From Squalus acanthias (taxonomy: Eukaryota): DNA of 64,000 nucleotides. The position numbers were made by a program, and so were the translations under genes. The notes beneath the pieces were generated by a model. That model had not been told where the DNA came from. It did no database searches and saw only the letters and a program-made list of their open reading frames with translations. Below, piece by piece: positions 12,432-28,198 of the stretch. Within the stretch, counting starts at the first letter, position 1. Every line of letters starts with the position of its first letter. The DNA is taken from NCBI GenBank assembly GCA_030390025.1, contig CM059432.1:14386001-14450000 (forward strand), written 5' to 3'.

Positions 12432-13696
12432 TTACAGATCGTAAAAAGAATTTGCTACAAGGTTTGCCTATCCTCGCAGGAGCCATGCAAAAAGCATCAT
12501 CCAGGGGTGGTTCTTTGGCCAGAGGCAAGTACCATCCACAAATCATTGTGCTGCCTGTCCGAGGACACCGTGCGCTCCCTTGCGTAGAGGAACGTTTGAT
12601 TTCACGGTGCGCGCACCTTGTGTCTTTCCATGGATCATTAAGCGAATTGTGTATCCTGAACCGCCTCTGGTATTCTGTAATTCAGCTCATGGAATCGGAT
12701 CCAAGGGATTTGAAGAACTGATAGTGATTGGGACTACTGCCCTTGATCAACGGATAAGCCTACACATTACTGTTGGTGATGTCAGTGGATGAATGACATT
12801 GCTATTTTAACACAGGTGTTTATTTTAAATGGGGTATCACCTCACGACTCTTCTGGACAAATATATTAAACATTTGTCTGCTAACATCACCAATAGTAAT
12901 TTTTACAAAGTCTAGTGACTTTTAGAAACTACTTTGTTCTTAGCCATAACAGTCTCTAAATGTGCCATGGGCAGTGTTGAAGAGGTTAATGTTTTCTACC
13001 TTCATTTCCTATCTGAAGACAGTGGCTCATACTGAGACAGGGTTCCGCCACCTTCCTAAAGTGGCCATTCTTGACATCTGATCCTAGACAGTGATCGTCA
13101 GCGAACTGTTCAACCATGGAAGGCACTGAAGATAAGCTCCAAACGATCCACAATCAACACAACACGAGTCAGCGATCAGTGACCCGGTAATGTTGTTTTC
13201 CCCCTCCATGGCAGAGGAGAGGTGGGGTTCAAGCTAGCAATTTGAAGTTTGTACACACACTTCCTGCTCCGTTTTCCCCCCACCCTGCTTGCCACCATTG
13301 TACACCCAACCCAGGCCACATCGGGGAGGTACAAACAGAATTGTAACCAGTGAGATTCGGCTGTTTGACGCCGGTAGAACAGCGGAGTCTCACAGCTCAT
13401 CAACATGATCTGTTCACACATTTTCAGATCTCCCCAGCCTGCCAATGAAATAGATCAAACTCCTTACCATTTATAGTTATAAATGAATTAAAAATATTAA
13501 TTAAGGTTTGGTATAAATTTTAGTCAGGTACGATGAAAGCATGGCTTCTGATTGCACCAGTAGATGTACAGGCGTAGGCCATTCCGTCATTCAATTAGCT
13601 CATGGCTGATCTGTATCCTAACTCCATGTTCCTGAATACCCTTGCCTAACAAAAATCTATGTATTTATGAGGAGAGTTTTATTAGCTTTATTTCTC

Positions 13697-13900
13697 TACC
13701 CCCAAGGGCTGTGGAGGCTCAGTCGTTGAGTATATTCAAGACAGAGATCGATAGATTTTTGAATATTAAGGGGATCAAGGGATATGGGGATAGTTCAGGA
13801 AAGTGGAGATGAGGTAGAAGATCAGCCATGATCTTAGTGAATGGCGGAGCAGGCTCGAAGGGCCAAATGGCCTACTCCTGCTCCTATTTCTTATGTTCTT
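13697..13900 (+). mobile_element. CR1 3' end
   Basis: ...gaatggcggagcaggctcgaagggccaaatggcctactcctgctcctatttcttatgttcttat; same family as 37545-37862 and 45068-45450. Confidence 0.8.
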
Positions 13901-15412
13901 ATTTAACACTCCATTGTGATGGGCTGAGTGAACCGCAGCAGAACGGAAAATGGGCAGAGTCAACTCGCAGGGTGCACACATCCCCGCTGCAGCCCTGCAA
14001 AATAAAACTGTGTGCCATGGTGCACGCCGGGCTACCTAGCCTAAGGACACTGAAGTCAACCGTAGAGCCCCCACCACTTTCCCCGCTGTGGGAAATAACT
14101 CCGCATAAAGCAGGTGTTGGTCCTGGTTTGTTTGGGTCGGTATCCCATTACTTGGCGCACCTATCCACTGAGCTATCAGGGAGTATGCTTCGTTCCGGAT
14201 TACCCATCCCATTCCGTAACACTAACACCCTCACCATCATGAGCACACTCAAGCTGTGTAAACAAGGTTGCCATATTTTGCAGAGTTCAAAATCAAACGG
14301 GGAGGGGGCGGGGGGGAGCAAGGGTTCCGGTGGGAGGAAAGGTAGGAAAGGGGTTAATCATGGCTTTAAATCTGAGGTGAAGCCAATAAAACTCATCAAA
14401 ATCTTGCATAACCCAAATAATTAATTCGGCATTGTCATGTGGAGAAAAAGCTGGACTTTTATTTCGAGGGCCAGATATTTTAGAAATGTCCCAGCCAGCC
14501 AACTCCAAAAACTGGACTGTAACCAGACAAGCGAGAACCCTACTTTGCTTCAGGAAGCAAGCTGTGAAACATCGCTCACACCAGTATTTCAGTCACACAG
14601 CAGGTTTGAAGCTCACGGCCCACACTCTGAAGGTGCAGCTTCCAATATTTTGGGCAAGTAGTACAGAAAAGAGGAAGAGCACTTGCTTCTCCTTCCCTAG
14701 CCCGGTTAGTATGGACGTGCTCGAGCCCAGGGCTGAAGCAGTTGCATGCTTCCCCTTCCCCCCAATCCCTTAGCCCGACTATTACCCAGAGAACTTGTGG
14801 GCCGCAGCGACAAGCACGACATTTTGCACTGTTGAATTTGCCACTGCACCTGATCCACGATGGCCCTGGAACGCCAGAGGGCGAGTCGACTTGATGGCGG
14901 CACTGCCCTAAAATCTACAAGGGTTAGAAATTCTGTTTCTGCGCCCATTAGCTCGCGGTTTTCTCGAGGGGCCAAGTGGCCTACTCCTGCTCCTATTTCT
15001 TATGTTCTCTGCATTAAAGTGAATGAGCAGAAAATCGCACGCTGGCAAGCACAGAAGCAGAATTTGTACTTTTTTTTTTTAAATGGAAGGGTATGGCCTA
15101 CTGTAAAAAGGCACTTTTATAGTAAACAGAGGTTTTTTAATTTAAAAAAAATCTAGAATTCGAATAGTGCTATACCTTAAATAGTCTAGTTATATTTGAA
15201 CTGGTCGCTATAAGCTTTTGAAACTTGTATGTAAATATTCTCTGCTCAGTAGAATCCAACTTCTGATGGCCTGCCTAGTAGTTGCTTTTGTAGCTTTTCC
15301 ATTTTTGTTTGGAGGCTTCACATCAAAATCCATGAGCTGAGTACAGAATGTATTTAGTAGATGTTTTAGTGCAGCTTGGTTTATGCTTAGTGAAGAAGCA
15401 AAGTGTTATTTA

Positions 15413-16813
<1,401 letters not shown>

Positions 16814-18332
16814 TTAGAAAGATTAACAGGTCATTGAGCTCTACAGAAGTCAATGTTAAAGCGTTCATCACGACTAGAAGGACCAGTCACACCACAGTCT
16901 TCCCATAATTTACCCAAGGATTCAGAATGCACAGTTTCGAAGACCGAACGGAACAGTGATATACTTAAGGACCTCAATGCGTGTAAGGACTGATTCTGCG
17001 GCCGGGCACTCTTAGTGCAGATTGACACTCACAGGGAGTGTTGACTGGGAAGTTGCAGGCTCACCGTGCCTGATTTTCCATTGATTTAAACAGAAGGAAA
17101 ATCAGATACTGCGGATTGGCCAGCGCTGACAGTACCACACCACACCTGGAGTGCCTAACTGTGGATTCTAATACACTTTAAAGGCTGGGCATTGCAAGGT
17201 CTTCCTGTGTTGTGCCAAAGACTCGTACTACAACCTTAACAAATGACCGCACACAATTCTTTCAGTCATAGACCCAAGAAGTCAATCTGCACACAGATCA
17301 AATAACTGAACACAGGCAGGTCTTTCTATGTTGTAACCCAAGTACCCAACACATACAGCGCTACGGCCTTTCCAAATTATTCGCTGGGAGACAGATATGT
17401 ACGTTATTTAAAATAAACTTTCTTTTCACTTTTGAGATTTTAATTATCTGAGACCACTGGTATGGATCACTGAACTCTGAAAGAAAGAAAGAATTGCATT
17501 TATATAACGCCTTTCACGACCACAGGATGTTCCAAAGACTTACAGCCAATTCACACTGCATGTACAGGTCAATTCGTGGATGTGGAATGAATCCATTCCC
17601 ATTTGAGGCTTTGATGGCTGGTGCACACTGTACATGCAAAGCTTTGATGTGGACAATTTATATCAATTTTAATTTGAGCACATTCCAATTAGGTCAACTT
17701 TGAAGGGCGATTAAACAGCTGCAGAGTGCATACCAGGCATCTCCCCACGGGAGAGGGAGGGGGGGAAAGGGATGTAAGTCAGAGGCAAATTGCCCTGCAA
17801 CAAGTATTTGCATTTATATAGCACCTTTAACGTAGTGAAACGTCCCAAGGGGCTTCACAGGAGCGGAATCAGACAAAAGGCCCAAGGCCACATTTGTACC
17901 AGGTTAACAGTACCATTAATGGGGACTGAAAGTAATCTAATGAGATGAAAAATAAACCAATGAAGGGCAGCCGTGTGAAACCCATTTTTCTAATGGAAAG
18001 CTGCAATGCCTCACTAAAGGAATTGTTTCATCTTAAAATCAGAACCTAGAAAGAAACTGGAACCGAGCTTTAACAAAAAGTTCATCGCCTCTCCTGGGAA
18101 TGCTGATCCATTCTATGGTACTGTTCCACAGCTGCCGTTCCTCATGTGTAAGGCTGCAGGCTCTTTAACCATGTGGGGCTTCACAGCAGAGCCTGCTCTA
18201 TCGCCATAGCACGTCACACGAGCAGGGGTCACTGGATAGCCAACCTGGGTGATTTTTCTTTTCCTCCCTACCTAGCCCTGGGGTTGAAGCCAAAACAATT
18301 TTTCATTTGACATGCTGGAGGGCAGGAGCCTC

Positions 18333-19438
18333 AACAACAACAACAACATGTATTTATATAGCACCTTTAACGTAGTAAAACGTCCCAAGGCGCTTCACAG
18401 GAGTATTATAAGACAAAAAATTTGACACCGAGCCACATAAGGATAAATTAGGGCAGGTGACCAAAAGCTTGGTCAAAGAGGTAGGTTTTAAGGAGCGTCT
18501 TAAAGGAAGAAAGAGAGGTAGAGAGGCGGAGAGGTTTAGGCAGGGAATTCCAGAGCTGAGGGCCTAGGCAACTGAAGGCACCAAAGGTTGAGCGATTATA
18601 ATCAGGGATGCTCAAGAGGGCAGAATTAGAAGAGCGCAGATATCTCGGGGGGTTGTGGGGCTGAAGGAGATTACAGAGATAGGGAGGGGCGAGGCCATGG
18701 AGGGATTTGAAAACAAGGATGAGAATTTTGAAATCGAGGCGCTGCTTAACCAGGAGCCAATGTAGGTCAGCGAGCACAGGGGTGATGGGCGAACGGGACT
18801 TGGTGCGAGTTAGGACACGGACAGCAGAGTTTTGGATGACCAAGTTTACGTAGGGTGGAATGTGGGAGGCCAGCCAGGAGTGCGTTGGAATAGTCAAGTC
18901 TAGAGGTAACAAAGGAATGGATGAAGGTTTCAGCAGCGGATGAGCTGAGGCAAGGGCGGAGACGGGCGATATCACGGAGGTGGAAGTAGGCAGACTTTGT
19001 TATGCAGCGGATATGTGGTCGGAAGCTCATTTCAGGGTCAAATATGACACCAAGTTTGCGAACAGTGTGGTTCAGCCTCAGACAGATGTTAGGGAGAGGG
19101 ATGGAGTCAATGGCTAGGGAACGGAGTTTGTGGTGGGGACCGAAAACAATGGCTTCGGTCTTCCCAATATTTAATTGGAGAAAATTTTCGCTCATCTAGA
19201 ACTGTACGTCGGACAAGCAGTCTGACAATTTAGAGACCGTGGAGGGGTCGAGAGAGGTGGTAGTGAGGTAGAGCTGGGTGTCATCAGCGTACATGTGGAA
19301 ACTGACGCTGTGTTTTCGGATGATGTCGCCAAGGGGCAAAATGTAGATGAGAAATAGGAGGGGGCGAAGGATAGATCCTTGGGGGGCACCAGAGGTAACG
19401 ATGCGAGAGCGGGAAGAGAAGCCGTTGCAGGTGATGCC
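18333..19438 (-). mobile_element. L2-clade LINE 3' fragment (about 1.1 kb)
   Basis: ORFs with GAPQGSILRPLLF, FHMYADDTQLY, LQLNIGKTE, SRLDYSNALL and HWL..KQRLDFKIL; (gtt)n tail; frameshifted. Confidence 0.92.
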
Positions 19439-20784
19439 TCCATAGAGGGAGAAAGCTGAAATTGTACCGCAAGTCAATCACTCACAGCCCAGTGTCAGGA
19501 CTGATGTTAGCAGAAGCCTGAGAGCAGGTTTTAATGAGGTGGGTCTATCCTTCACTCTGTGTAAGAGAGAACTGAATACTGGATGTCGGGTCAGCACCAG
19601 GCCACTCTTGATGCATCCTGCTGTCATATTGGTGGAGGCCTAGCAACAGGCTCCATTCCTGTCAGACAAGGGAGGTGCACGGCACACGGCAGATCAGTGA
19701 GAGGAATGTGTCAGGAGGATAATTCTTCTGTGAAAAACATTTGAGCATCACCACTCCAAAACCATTAATTTTTAAGTTCAGCCTGAAAGGTGACTGAAGT
19801 TACAAGTTGCTAAATTGGTCCGCATGGACTGCTTTACTTTGGAAGGAGTGACTAGGGAATTGAGAAATATCACTACCACCGACTTCTATGCTAATTGGTG
19901 AGATTCGACAAATTCATGGCTGTTTAAACATCATCAAGTTGAATAAGAGAACATGACGCAGGGTAAGAGGTGCTGGAATCCTGCTCAGATTGTTGGAGAC
20001 ACTTACCCATCAAATATTTTTACTGTCTCAAAAATGAGACACCAGCACCACTGTAGCATTACACAGCCATTGAGTTAGGCAGGTTTCTGGTCCCAATTAC
20101 ATATGAAAAAAATACACGCAATATAACATTACATTACATTTAAAGAGAAAAATCTAACTCTGCCTGACCTCTGAGCAGGAGATGCTGACACCGGAGCGGG
20201 GGTGGGGGGGGGGCAGCGGGGGAATAGAGGGAATTTTAATCCACTGCGCCCAACGGGAACGGGATGGCTGAGCAGTTAAAATCGCTTCCGAGAACTTATT
20301 CCCACCCGCTGCCGCTTTCACTGGTTCCTTTTCTTTAGGTGGACAAGGCGCCTACCTGACTCAGGTGGAACCTCATCAACACAGGCTAATCGGGGTCGCC
20401 GACCTATGTCCTTTCACCTAAAGAACAGCAGAAGGGCGCAGGAAACAAGCACTTTCCCAATTACTTATCTGCTTCATGACAGTCTTTGTGCCTTTAATAA
20501 TAATTGAAAAAAAAAACACATATTTACCTCATTAAAATTAATCGACGTCTGGGGCAAGTCCCTACTAAATTAATTTGGTGACGTAATTATGACGCTATCT
20601 ATTACAGGGATGTTAGTGTGAAGCTTTCCTGCCTAATCCACTAAAATGATGCTGAGATTCAGCTGTCTCATACTTCTTAATGTTCTCACAGCTGTTTCCC
20701 ATCATGACTTTAGGGAGCACAGAGTGAGACTTGTCTCCACATAGTAGCTGTAATCACCACAATGTCACCAATTGGCAGCAGGCG

Positions 20785-21470
20785 CTCACTTCTAATATTA
20801 AATACTACAGCTCCCGGGGCGCGAGTGCGGCGTGTGGTGGAGAGTCGGGAAGTGCCCATGACGGTACCCGCGTGAGCCAAGGGCTGTTTTAACTCCCGTG
20901 GCATCGTTTCCGTGTTTGAGGATGGACTCCTGGCAGGAATCACAAGGTAGGTGGTGGGCGGGCGGGCAAGAGCGGGGCTTCGCGCGGCCCGGAAACCGCC
21001 CGCCATGACTCAATCGAACGGTCCCCGTCACTAAGCACACCTGCTCCTCCTGACCCACGAGGAAACCGTACAAAAAATAATATTCTAAATTCAAACTTAC
21101 TCGGGGCCTCTTCTGGCCCCGATCCTGCCTGCCGCCAAGTTTCCCCGTGAGCGACTCGCGTAACCCTGGGGTTAAGATCGAGCTGGGCTCCTAATGATGC
21201 CATTGAACCCTGACCATTACAGTTTTAATAAAGCCACGCTACTGCTTGCTGCCAGGTTTCCCTAGCGGGTTGAGCACTGCGCGCGACTTGGGGTCCAAAT
21301 TACATCATCAGACCGCAACCTTTGCAGTTTAATGAGCTCCCACCTCCCCCCCCCCCGCCCGCTTGTGCCAGGCGCCTCTCCCGAAACCAAAATCAGCGCT
21401 GTTAAAATGGTGATGGCGCGAATGTGTCGAGAGCAAGTGCCTGACTCGACGGGCAGGGTTAAAATTGGTC
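20785..21470. mobile_element. GC/CpG-rich non-autonomous DNA-transposon (MITE-like) copy
   Basis: Shares ggcctcttctggcccc and cctgctcctcc..cccacgaggaaa with elements at 47.0, 48.0-48.5 and 49.9-50.6 kb; ends gttaaaattggtcc. Confidence 0.55.
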
Positions 21471-22789
21471 CTCATACATTTTATACGGTGCATATTTATA
21501 ATTGTTTATGTATACTGATACAGACTTGCCCCTTTCATGACCTCAGGACGTCCCAAAGTGCTTTACAGCCAACTTTTGAAGTGCAGTCACTGTTGTAATT
21601 TCGTGCTAAAGGCAAAAGACAAACTATAAAGGGACATGCATGTGGGAAAGTAATTATTCCTTAAGGTTTTTTATCCCCTATAAGATGGCTTCAGACCCAG
21701 GGTGACGCAATCGCCACACGGCTGTACTTTTCCTGGCGATTTTCTACCTTGAAGGTGTCAGCTCCTTGTTGGAATATGATTCCATGGGGTACTCATCGCC
21801 CAAGCAGCTAATCCTCACGTGTGCGCTAAGATGGCGAGTGTCAGTGCACAGCCTACGTTTGTCTTCACTCAATGTCCACACATGTACTATTCCAGCTGAG
21901 GTTAATGTGGCAATCGGGAGTGAGATTCTCCTCATTTTTCCCCTTCCTAATCAGGGACAGTGAGTCCAGCTATAGTGCGCTCACCTACATGTGGCTGAGA
22001 TCAGGCTGCTCGGTGCAGACTCGGGGTCAAACCTGAGACGTTCCTGGACTGTATGACTCAGCCTTAAATAGTTGAGCCATCAGGTAGCCAACAACAAATC
22101 AACAATCATCCTTCCAATTTATAGATAAATATGTAAACGTCTACATTTGGTTATTAGTCAAAAATAATTCCCAATAATTTAATTATTGTGTTACTATTTC
22201 AGAATGTTCCTCGAGCCAAAAATACTCTGCCTTTACAGTGGAAGCCACAATGATTTGCACTCCCATCATCTGCGACAATTTTTTGCCCGTGGATAGGAGC
22301 TCAGTGCGATTGCAGCTGTCGGCATTTTACTTTGTTTCAGAATAGGAGGACCTTTAAAAAAAAAATAAACAGCTCCGCTGATTTTCGAGTAGTCAGTTCT
22401 GCTGAGATCAGCGTGGTGAAGTGCGGCTGACAGGATCACTGGAGGTGAGCACGTGCTCCCTTTAGCCCTCAAATCTCTAGCTGGGGAGTTATGCTTGGCA
22501 TTGGAGAAACATTTCTAGAGTGGGCAGCTGTCATCATAGGCGGATTCGAGTGGAGGAGGCGGGGTGGGGGGGGGGGGGAGCAGTGAGCCAGCAGATCAGC
22601 TGATGGTGAGGATTGAGACGAGCAGGTGGGGCGAGGCAGAGCTTACCAGCAGCGTACAGTAATTTGGGGACTTGCGATTATCCAGTAATTTAAGAATGTA
22701 GGAAAGCCGAGAATGAGAAAAAAGACACGACTCATCAACCACACTCCTTGCAAGGCACCACAAGCTTCAGAACAGACACCTTGTCCTCT

Positions 22790-24288
22790 ACACTAAAGTC
22801 TGGGAACATGAAACTGTGCCACGGGGTTTCAAAGATGCAAACCATGTGCATTTCTACAAGCGTGGGTTGTCACGTCTATCGGTAGCGGGTAAAATTCTCG
22901 CCTCTATCATCCTCTGCCGACCGAACGAACAACTAGTGGAAAATATTTCTTCCAAAAATCCAATATGGTTTCGGACCGGTCGTGGAACATCCAGCATGAT
23001 TGCTTAGCCCGCCAAGTCCAGGAAAAGTGTAGAGACGAGCATCAGGATCTGCGCGTTTTTTTTGTTGACTTGACAAAGGCATCCAATTCGTGATGTACTG
23101 TGGGAGATTCTTCTAAAGTTCTGATGGCCCGGCAGATTCAAGAACATGGTTTGCCAATTACATGGTGACATGATGGTCCGAGTAATAGATCATGGTCACA
23201 TGTCATCACCATTTGCAGTCACTAATACCATCAAACAAAGATGTGTTCTAGCCCCAACCCTCTTTAGCGCACTGTTTGCTGCAGAACTGCTCGAGGGGGG
23301 TTTCAAGAACTGTGGCAGGAATCTATATTTGATAACACTCGCTGTGTAAACTTGCACATGAAGAATGCAGAAAACATGCTCTTTGCCCAGGACTGCATGT
23401 TACTCGCCTACTCTCTTGAGGACATCCTGTTGCTCTCCAGCTGCTTTGCTCGGGCAGCACAGCGCTTTGTCCTTACAACCCAATAAACAAAGACTGTAGT
23501 CATGGTCCAGCTCATACTCCACCAACCAGCCACACCCCCCTGTGGCTTCGATCAATAACTTACCACTTAAGATCACGGACAAATTCTGCTACCTCGGTTG
23601 CTTTCCCTCACAGAATGCCACAATCGGCCAGGGCCAGCTCTGCCATTGGCAGACTCGAGCGGAGACTCTTATAGGAACGAGGGGTTAGCCTGCCGACAAA
23701 AGTCAGTGTAGACCAAGCTGTTGCCCTCACCACCCGACCAGAGGGATCGGAGTCGCGGATCTGCTACTGCCATAACATCAAGCGACCTGACCATTTCCAC
23801 TTGCGAAGTATCACTGGCATCAAGCGGAAGGACAGGTGGCCGAACACTGATGTCCTCAAACGCTGCAATAGAACTGGAATTGAGGCCACGATCAAAAAGG
23901 TACAGTTGCGTTGTTCTGGGCACGTCGCTCGCATGCCTGATTATAGAATTCCCAAAGCCATCTTCTACGGTGATCTGTAATCCGGATATCACAATAGAGG
24001 TGGGCAGATGAAACGCTTTAAAGACACACTAAAGGCCACCGTAAAATCTTGCAACATTAAGCCCAACACCTGTGGTCACGATGGCGTCACGTCTGCCAGG
24101 TCCTTGTGAATGATTTTGAGGTTGCGAGATCCGGTGCCAAGCGCCCAGGACAACCGATCGACCCGCCTCAACGGGCTTTCCATGCAATCGACGCGGCTGT
24201 AACTGTTCGACCAGGACCGGGCTCTTCTCCCATCAGCTCACCCACTACAACTGAGACTCATCCGTTGATCCAACGGGAGACTCCAGCA
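22790..24288 (+). mobile_element. Old, degraded RTE (BovB-like) LINE
   Basis: Fragments FKDA..., SVAGKILASIIL, FRTGRGTSSMI, FVDLTKA and IKQRCVLAPTLFS with many stops and frameshifts. Confidence 0.85.
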
Positions 24289-24290
24289 TC

Positions 24291-25213
24291 TCTTAGACAG
24301 TCCCTCGGAACCGAGGATGACTTGCTTCCACATTAGAAATGAGTTCGCAGGTGACTGATGAGTCCAATGCGGGACCTACAGTCTCTGTCACAGGTGGGGC
24401 AGACGGTGGTTGAAGAGGCGGGTGGGTGGGGTGCTTGGGTTGACGTGCGCTCCTTGTGCTGCTTGCGCTTGGGTTCCGCTTGCTCCCGGCGAAGAGACTC
24501 GAGGTGTTCGGCGCCTTCCCGGATGCTTCGCCTCCACTTTGTGTGGTCTTGGGCCAGGGATTCCCAGGTGTCGGTGGGGATGTTACACTTTTTCAAGGAG
24601 GCTTTGAGGGTGTCCTTGAAGCATTTCCTCTGCCCACCTGGGGCTCTCTTGCCGTGCCGGAGCTCCGAATAGAGCACTTGTTTTGGGAGTCTCGTATCGG
24701 GCATGCGGACAATGTGACCCGTCCATCGGAGCTGATTGAGCGTGGTCAAAGCTTCGATGCCGGGGATGTTGGCCTGAGCAAGAACACCGACGTTGGTGCG
24801 CCTATCCTGCCAATGGATTTGCAGGATCTTGCAGAGGCAGCGTTGGTGGTACCTCTCCAGTGCTTTGAGGTGCCTGCTGTACATGGTCCATGTCTCTGAG
24901 GCATACAGCAGGGCGGGTATCACTGCTGCTCTGTAGACCATGAGCTTAGTGCCGGGTTTGAGGTCCTGGTCTTCAAACACTCTCTTCCTCAGGCGACCGA
25001 AGGCTGCACTGGCACACTGAAGGTGGTGTTGGACTTCGTCGTCAACGTCTGCCCTTGTTGACAGTAGGCTCCCGAGGTATGGAAAGTGGTCCACGTTGTC
25101 CAAGGCCTTGTCGTGGATTTTGATAATCGGGGGGCAGTACTGTGTGGCGGGGGCAGGTTGGTAGAGGACCTTTGTCTTACGGATGTTTAGTGTAAGGCCC
25201 ATGCTCTCGTACA
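24291..25213 (-). mobile_element. Younger RTE (BovB-like) LINE 3' fragment with an open frame of about 290 codons
   Basis: ORF 24333..25235: GLTLNIRKTKV, FPYLGS, LLYASETWT, LRWTGHIVRM, RLPKQVLY and C-terminal CPTCDRDCRSRIGLISHLRTH; short 3' UTR. Confidence 0.93.
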
Positions 25214-26032
25214 TGCATGGAAAAGGTGTATCCAATTAATGACTTCAAACTGAGCGGCAAGAGTAGGACAAGGGGACACTGCTTCAAACTGGTTAACGGC
25301 TCATTTAGCAGTGAGATCAGGAATTGCTTCTTCACGTAAAAAGTGATCAGAATGCACTTTCTGGTAGAGTTGCAGAGGCGAAAACCCTGGAAGTATTTAA
25401 GAAACAACTGGATGACGCAATGTGGGAAGTGTAGGGTCTTTCTGGATGGAGCAAATAAGATGGGCCAGATGGCTTTCCTTCTCCATATTCAGCGTGCGAC
25501 CTTGTAACCAGGGGCTTGCCCTCCCCCACCCAAGATCTCCATACTCTGTTCCTTTTTCTATTATCTACCAGGATACTTCGCTGGCTAAAGTGGTTAAGTG
25601 AATCTCGCAATTGCTGTCATTTGTGTTTGTGAAATATTGCTGTAATTAATTTTCCTGCTGCTGTCGAACAGTTGGGACAATAACTGCTTCCGTCCCTCCC
25701 ATCTCCTCCCTCCCACCCCTCCCCCCCCCGCCCCATTCCCTGATTGATTCACCAGCACTCACCATTCACACAAAAAACATACACGAGGAAGTCATGAATA
25801 AACCTAGGAATAAAAAGGTTAAAATTAAAAATGAGTTTATTTTTTTTAATATACGGCAGAGACTCTTCAAAAAAATGAAGGACTGTTAAATTAAATCATC
25901 ACAGTGACAAGTCAGCCTAATGGCATCTGCACCAAAAGAAGCAGGAATTGAATCAAACACGCATGGTCAAGTGAGCTCATTACTGTGGAGTGGGCCCCCC
26001 CCCACCCCCCGCCCCGAGTGCTCATACATTAC

Positions 26033-26092
26033 CTGAGTAGCACTTTTCTTATCCTTGTAAAGCTCTCGGCTCCCTCTTCTCTTCAAAGAGCT
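26033..26092 (-). CDS. MTCL1: MTCL1 short coding exon (20 codons, SSLKRRGSRELYKDKKSATQ)
   Basis: ttacag acceptor, CAG|gtaatg donor, 60 nt, phase 0/0; splices in frame to the EDSADLK exon; matches remembered SSLKRRSTREMYKEKK. Confidence 0.9.
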
Positions 26093-27920
26093 CTGTAATA
26101 CACAAAAGCCAAAGTGCTATTGTGAAAAAAAGATAAGAGATAACATAACAATGGGAGGGAAAAGTCAAAATCATCACTCACTTCTAAAAAGGTTTAAAAT
26201 AAACAGCTTAGCACCTCAGTTAAAATGGTCGGCAAGTGTCAGAGGAACATGTTAAGTGTTTGCACGCTAACAGTCATTTTTAGATTTGTATAATAATTGT
26301 ACCGGTGAACAATGACACGACACTCTTTTCAGCAGCACTGCAGCTTTTATACAACAATTGTAAACATTCTTCGTTCTGTAATGCTTTGAGCGCTGAAACC
26401 CATTCCAGCAAAATAACCTTCCTGACATGTCTGTCGAATGGTTTTCATCTCAGTTCTACAGCCTGACTAGTCGTCAGCTTTATCTGGGTGCAGATGGACG
26501 CCTGCTGCCCTCAGGCAGGTTATCGATGGAAGCTGATACCGTTCAGATGACCTTTGTCTTAAGACTCCATTCCTTTTTAAAAGCCACCATTAATCACAGT
26601 CCTCCTCTGCTTTTAACAGCTAACTCTTTAACGCATTAGCTCCCACTGTGTTAACCGATTTTTCTTCTTCCTTTTTTGGCACAGAATTACTGCGTAGCGG
26701 GTTCAGGTGCATCGTGCTAAACCAGCAGGCTGGTGGAAGCACCATACATTTACAGGTAGATTTTCCTGTTATTCAGCTTGGAGGCATTGGATCACCTGGG
26801 AGTTGTTCACTGAGGAAAAGTGGATGGGGTGGAATGTTTGATTTACCGTCCATTTAAAGTTAATTGGGCAGGCAATGCTATGCAATTACATTGCTGCTCA
26901 CTTGATATTCCTCAATGCCCTGTATCTCAGTGATCCAATACACACAAGTGCAATAACAGGAAAATCTTTTAAAAGTTTTGAAATAGCACGTTTATTTAAC
27001 TTTCGTATTTTTTTTTTAAAAAACCACAAATTAAATTGTGACATTCTGAAAGGATTTGATTTTTAGCTTTTTCCACCAATATTTCTCTCCTCCCCCTTGG
27101 AGGATGCAGACTCCTTTCAACTCCCGATCGCCATTCTTCACCCGAGACTGTTAACGGTGGCGGGCTATTTAATTACGGCGTGCATCACAACCAAGCCCAA
27201 ATGTGGCCTCATCTGAGGGCCTTAGACATGCACTTTTCAGGAGCGTTCACCTGATACCACCTGATACTTGTTGGGAGTTATCTGCAGAACCTTCATCCAT
27301 TTGGCACATTTCCATTTCAAGTCAGCATAAAGGCCGAGAATTTCGTCCGCTATCCTGCCCCAAATCAGGTGGGATAACGGTGGAGAAAAGCTGGGAAAAT
27401 CGACAATAGTTCCTGATGTAAGAAAACTACTAGGCACTTGGTCTGAGCGTTAAACAAAGATTTAATCAACTGTTTTACAACATGGAGGTCTAGTTGTGTC
27501 CTTCACTAGTTCCTGTTAAAGAATGTCCTGAGCAAGCTGGGCCCATGCCCGAGTATTTATACTCTCCCTGGACAGCGCCACCAGCAGGCCGCCCAGTATT
27601 ATGTCATAAGTCATGAATGACAAGATTCATGTCAGTTCCTCTCTGGGGGTAAGGCAGGGGAACTCAGTCAAAATCAACTAACTCAGCACAAACAAGGCAT
27701 CCAAACAGGGAGCCTTCCTGGTTGATAGGCTCAGCTACTTGTTGGTTTACCCAGCTGAGCCATTGGGGGAGTTTTTCCACTATAACGAGACAGATTTTCC
27801 TGCTAATTTTGGGCTGGATTTTCCATTTCCTGCCTCTACAGGGTCGGACGGGTCATCTTTCTGGCGCCTCGACCCCGCCATGACCTCAGGCCATTTTCTT
27901 GGGTATTGGGACATTATATA

Positions 27921-28198
27921 GGGGGAAATTTTAACTGGGAGCAGATCTCGGGCGGGATCCTTCCGGCCCCAGAAAGATAGGTTTATAACTTACCTTTGAA
28001 GGCCCCTGTTTCTTCACCGACTGCCTCAGCTGCCTAAAAAAAAAGATTTGTTAAAAGGCTTTAAAGTGGCCTTTCAAAGACGGTTAAACTGGCGACGGGC
28101 TGAAATGAAACGGGAAGCAGGCGGTAGGTTTTCCGAGGCGATTTTAACTGCATGGCCGCCCCAATCCCAGCGGGCGGGGCTCGGTTAAAATCGCCCCC
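27921..28198. mobile_element. Small MITE with imperfect terminal inverted repeats (TIRs)
   Basis: gggggaaattttaac ... gttaaaatcgccccc termini; CpG-rich interior. Confidence 0.65.
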
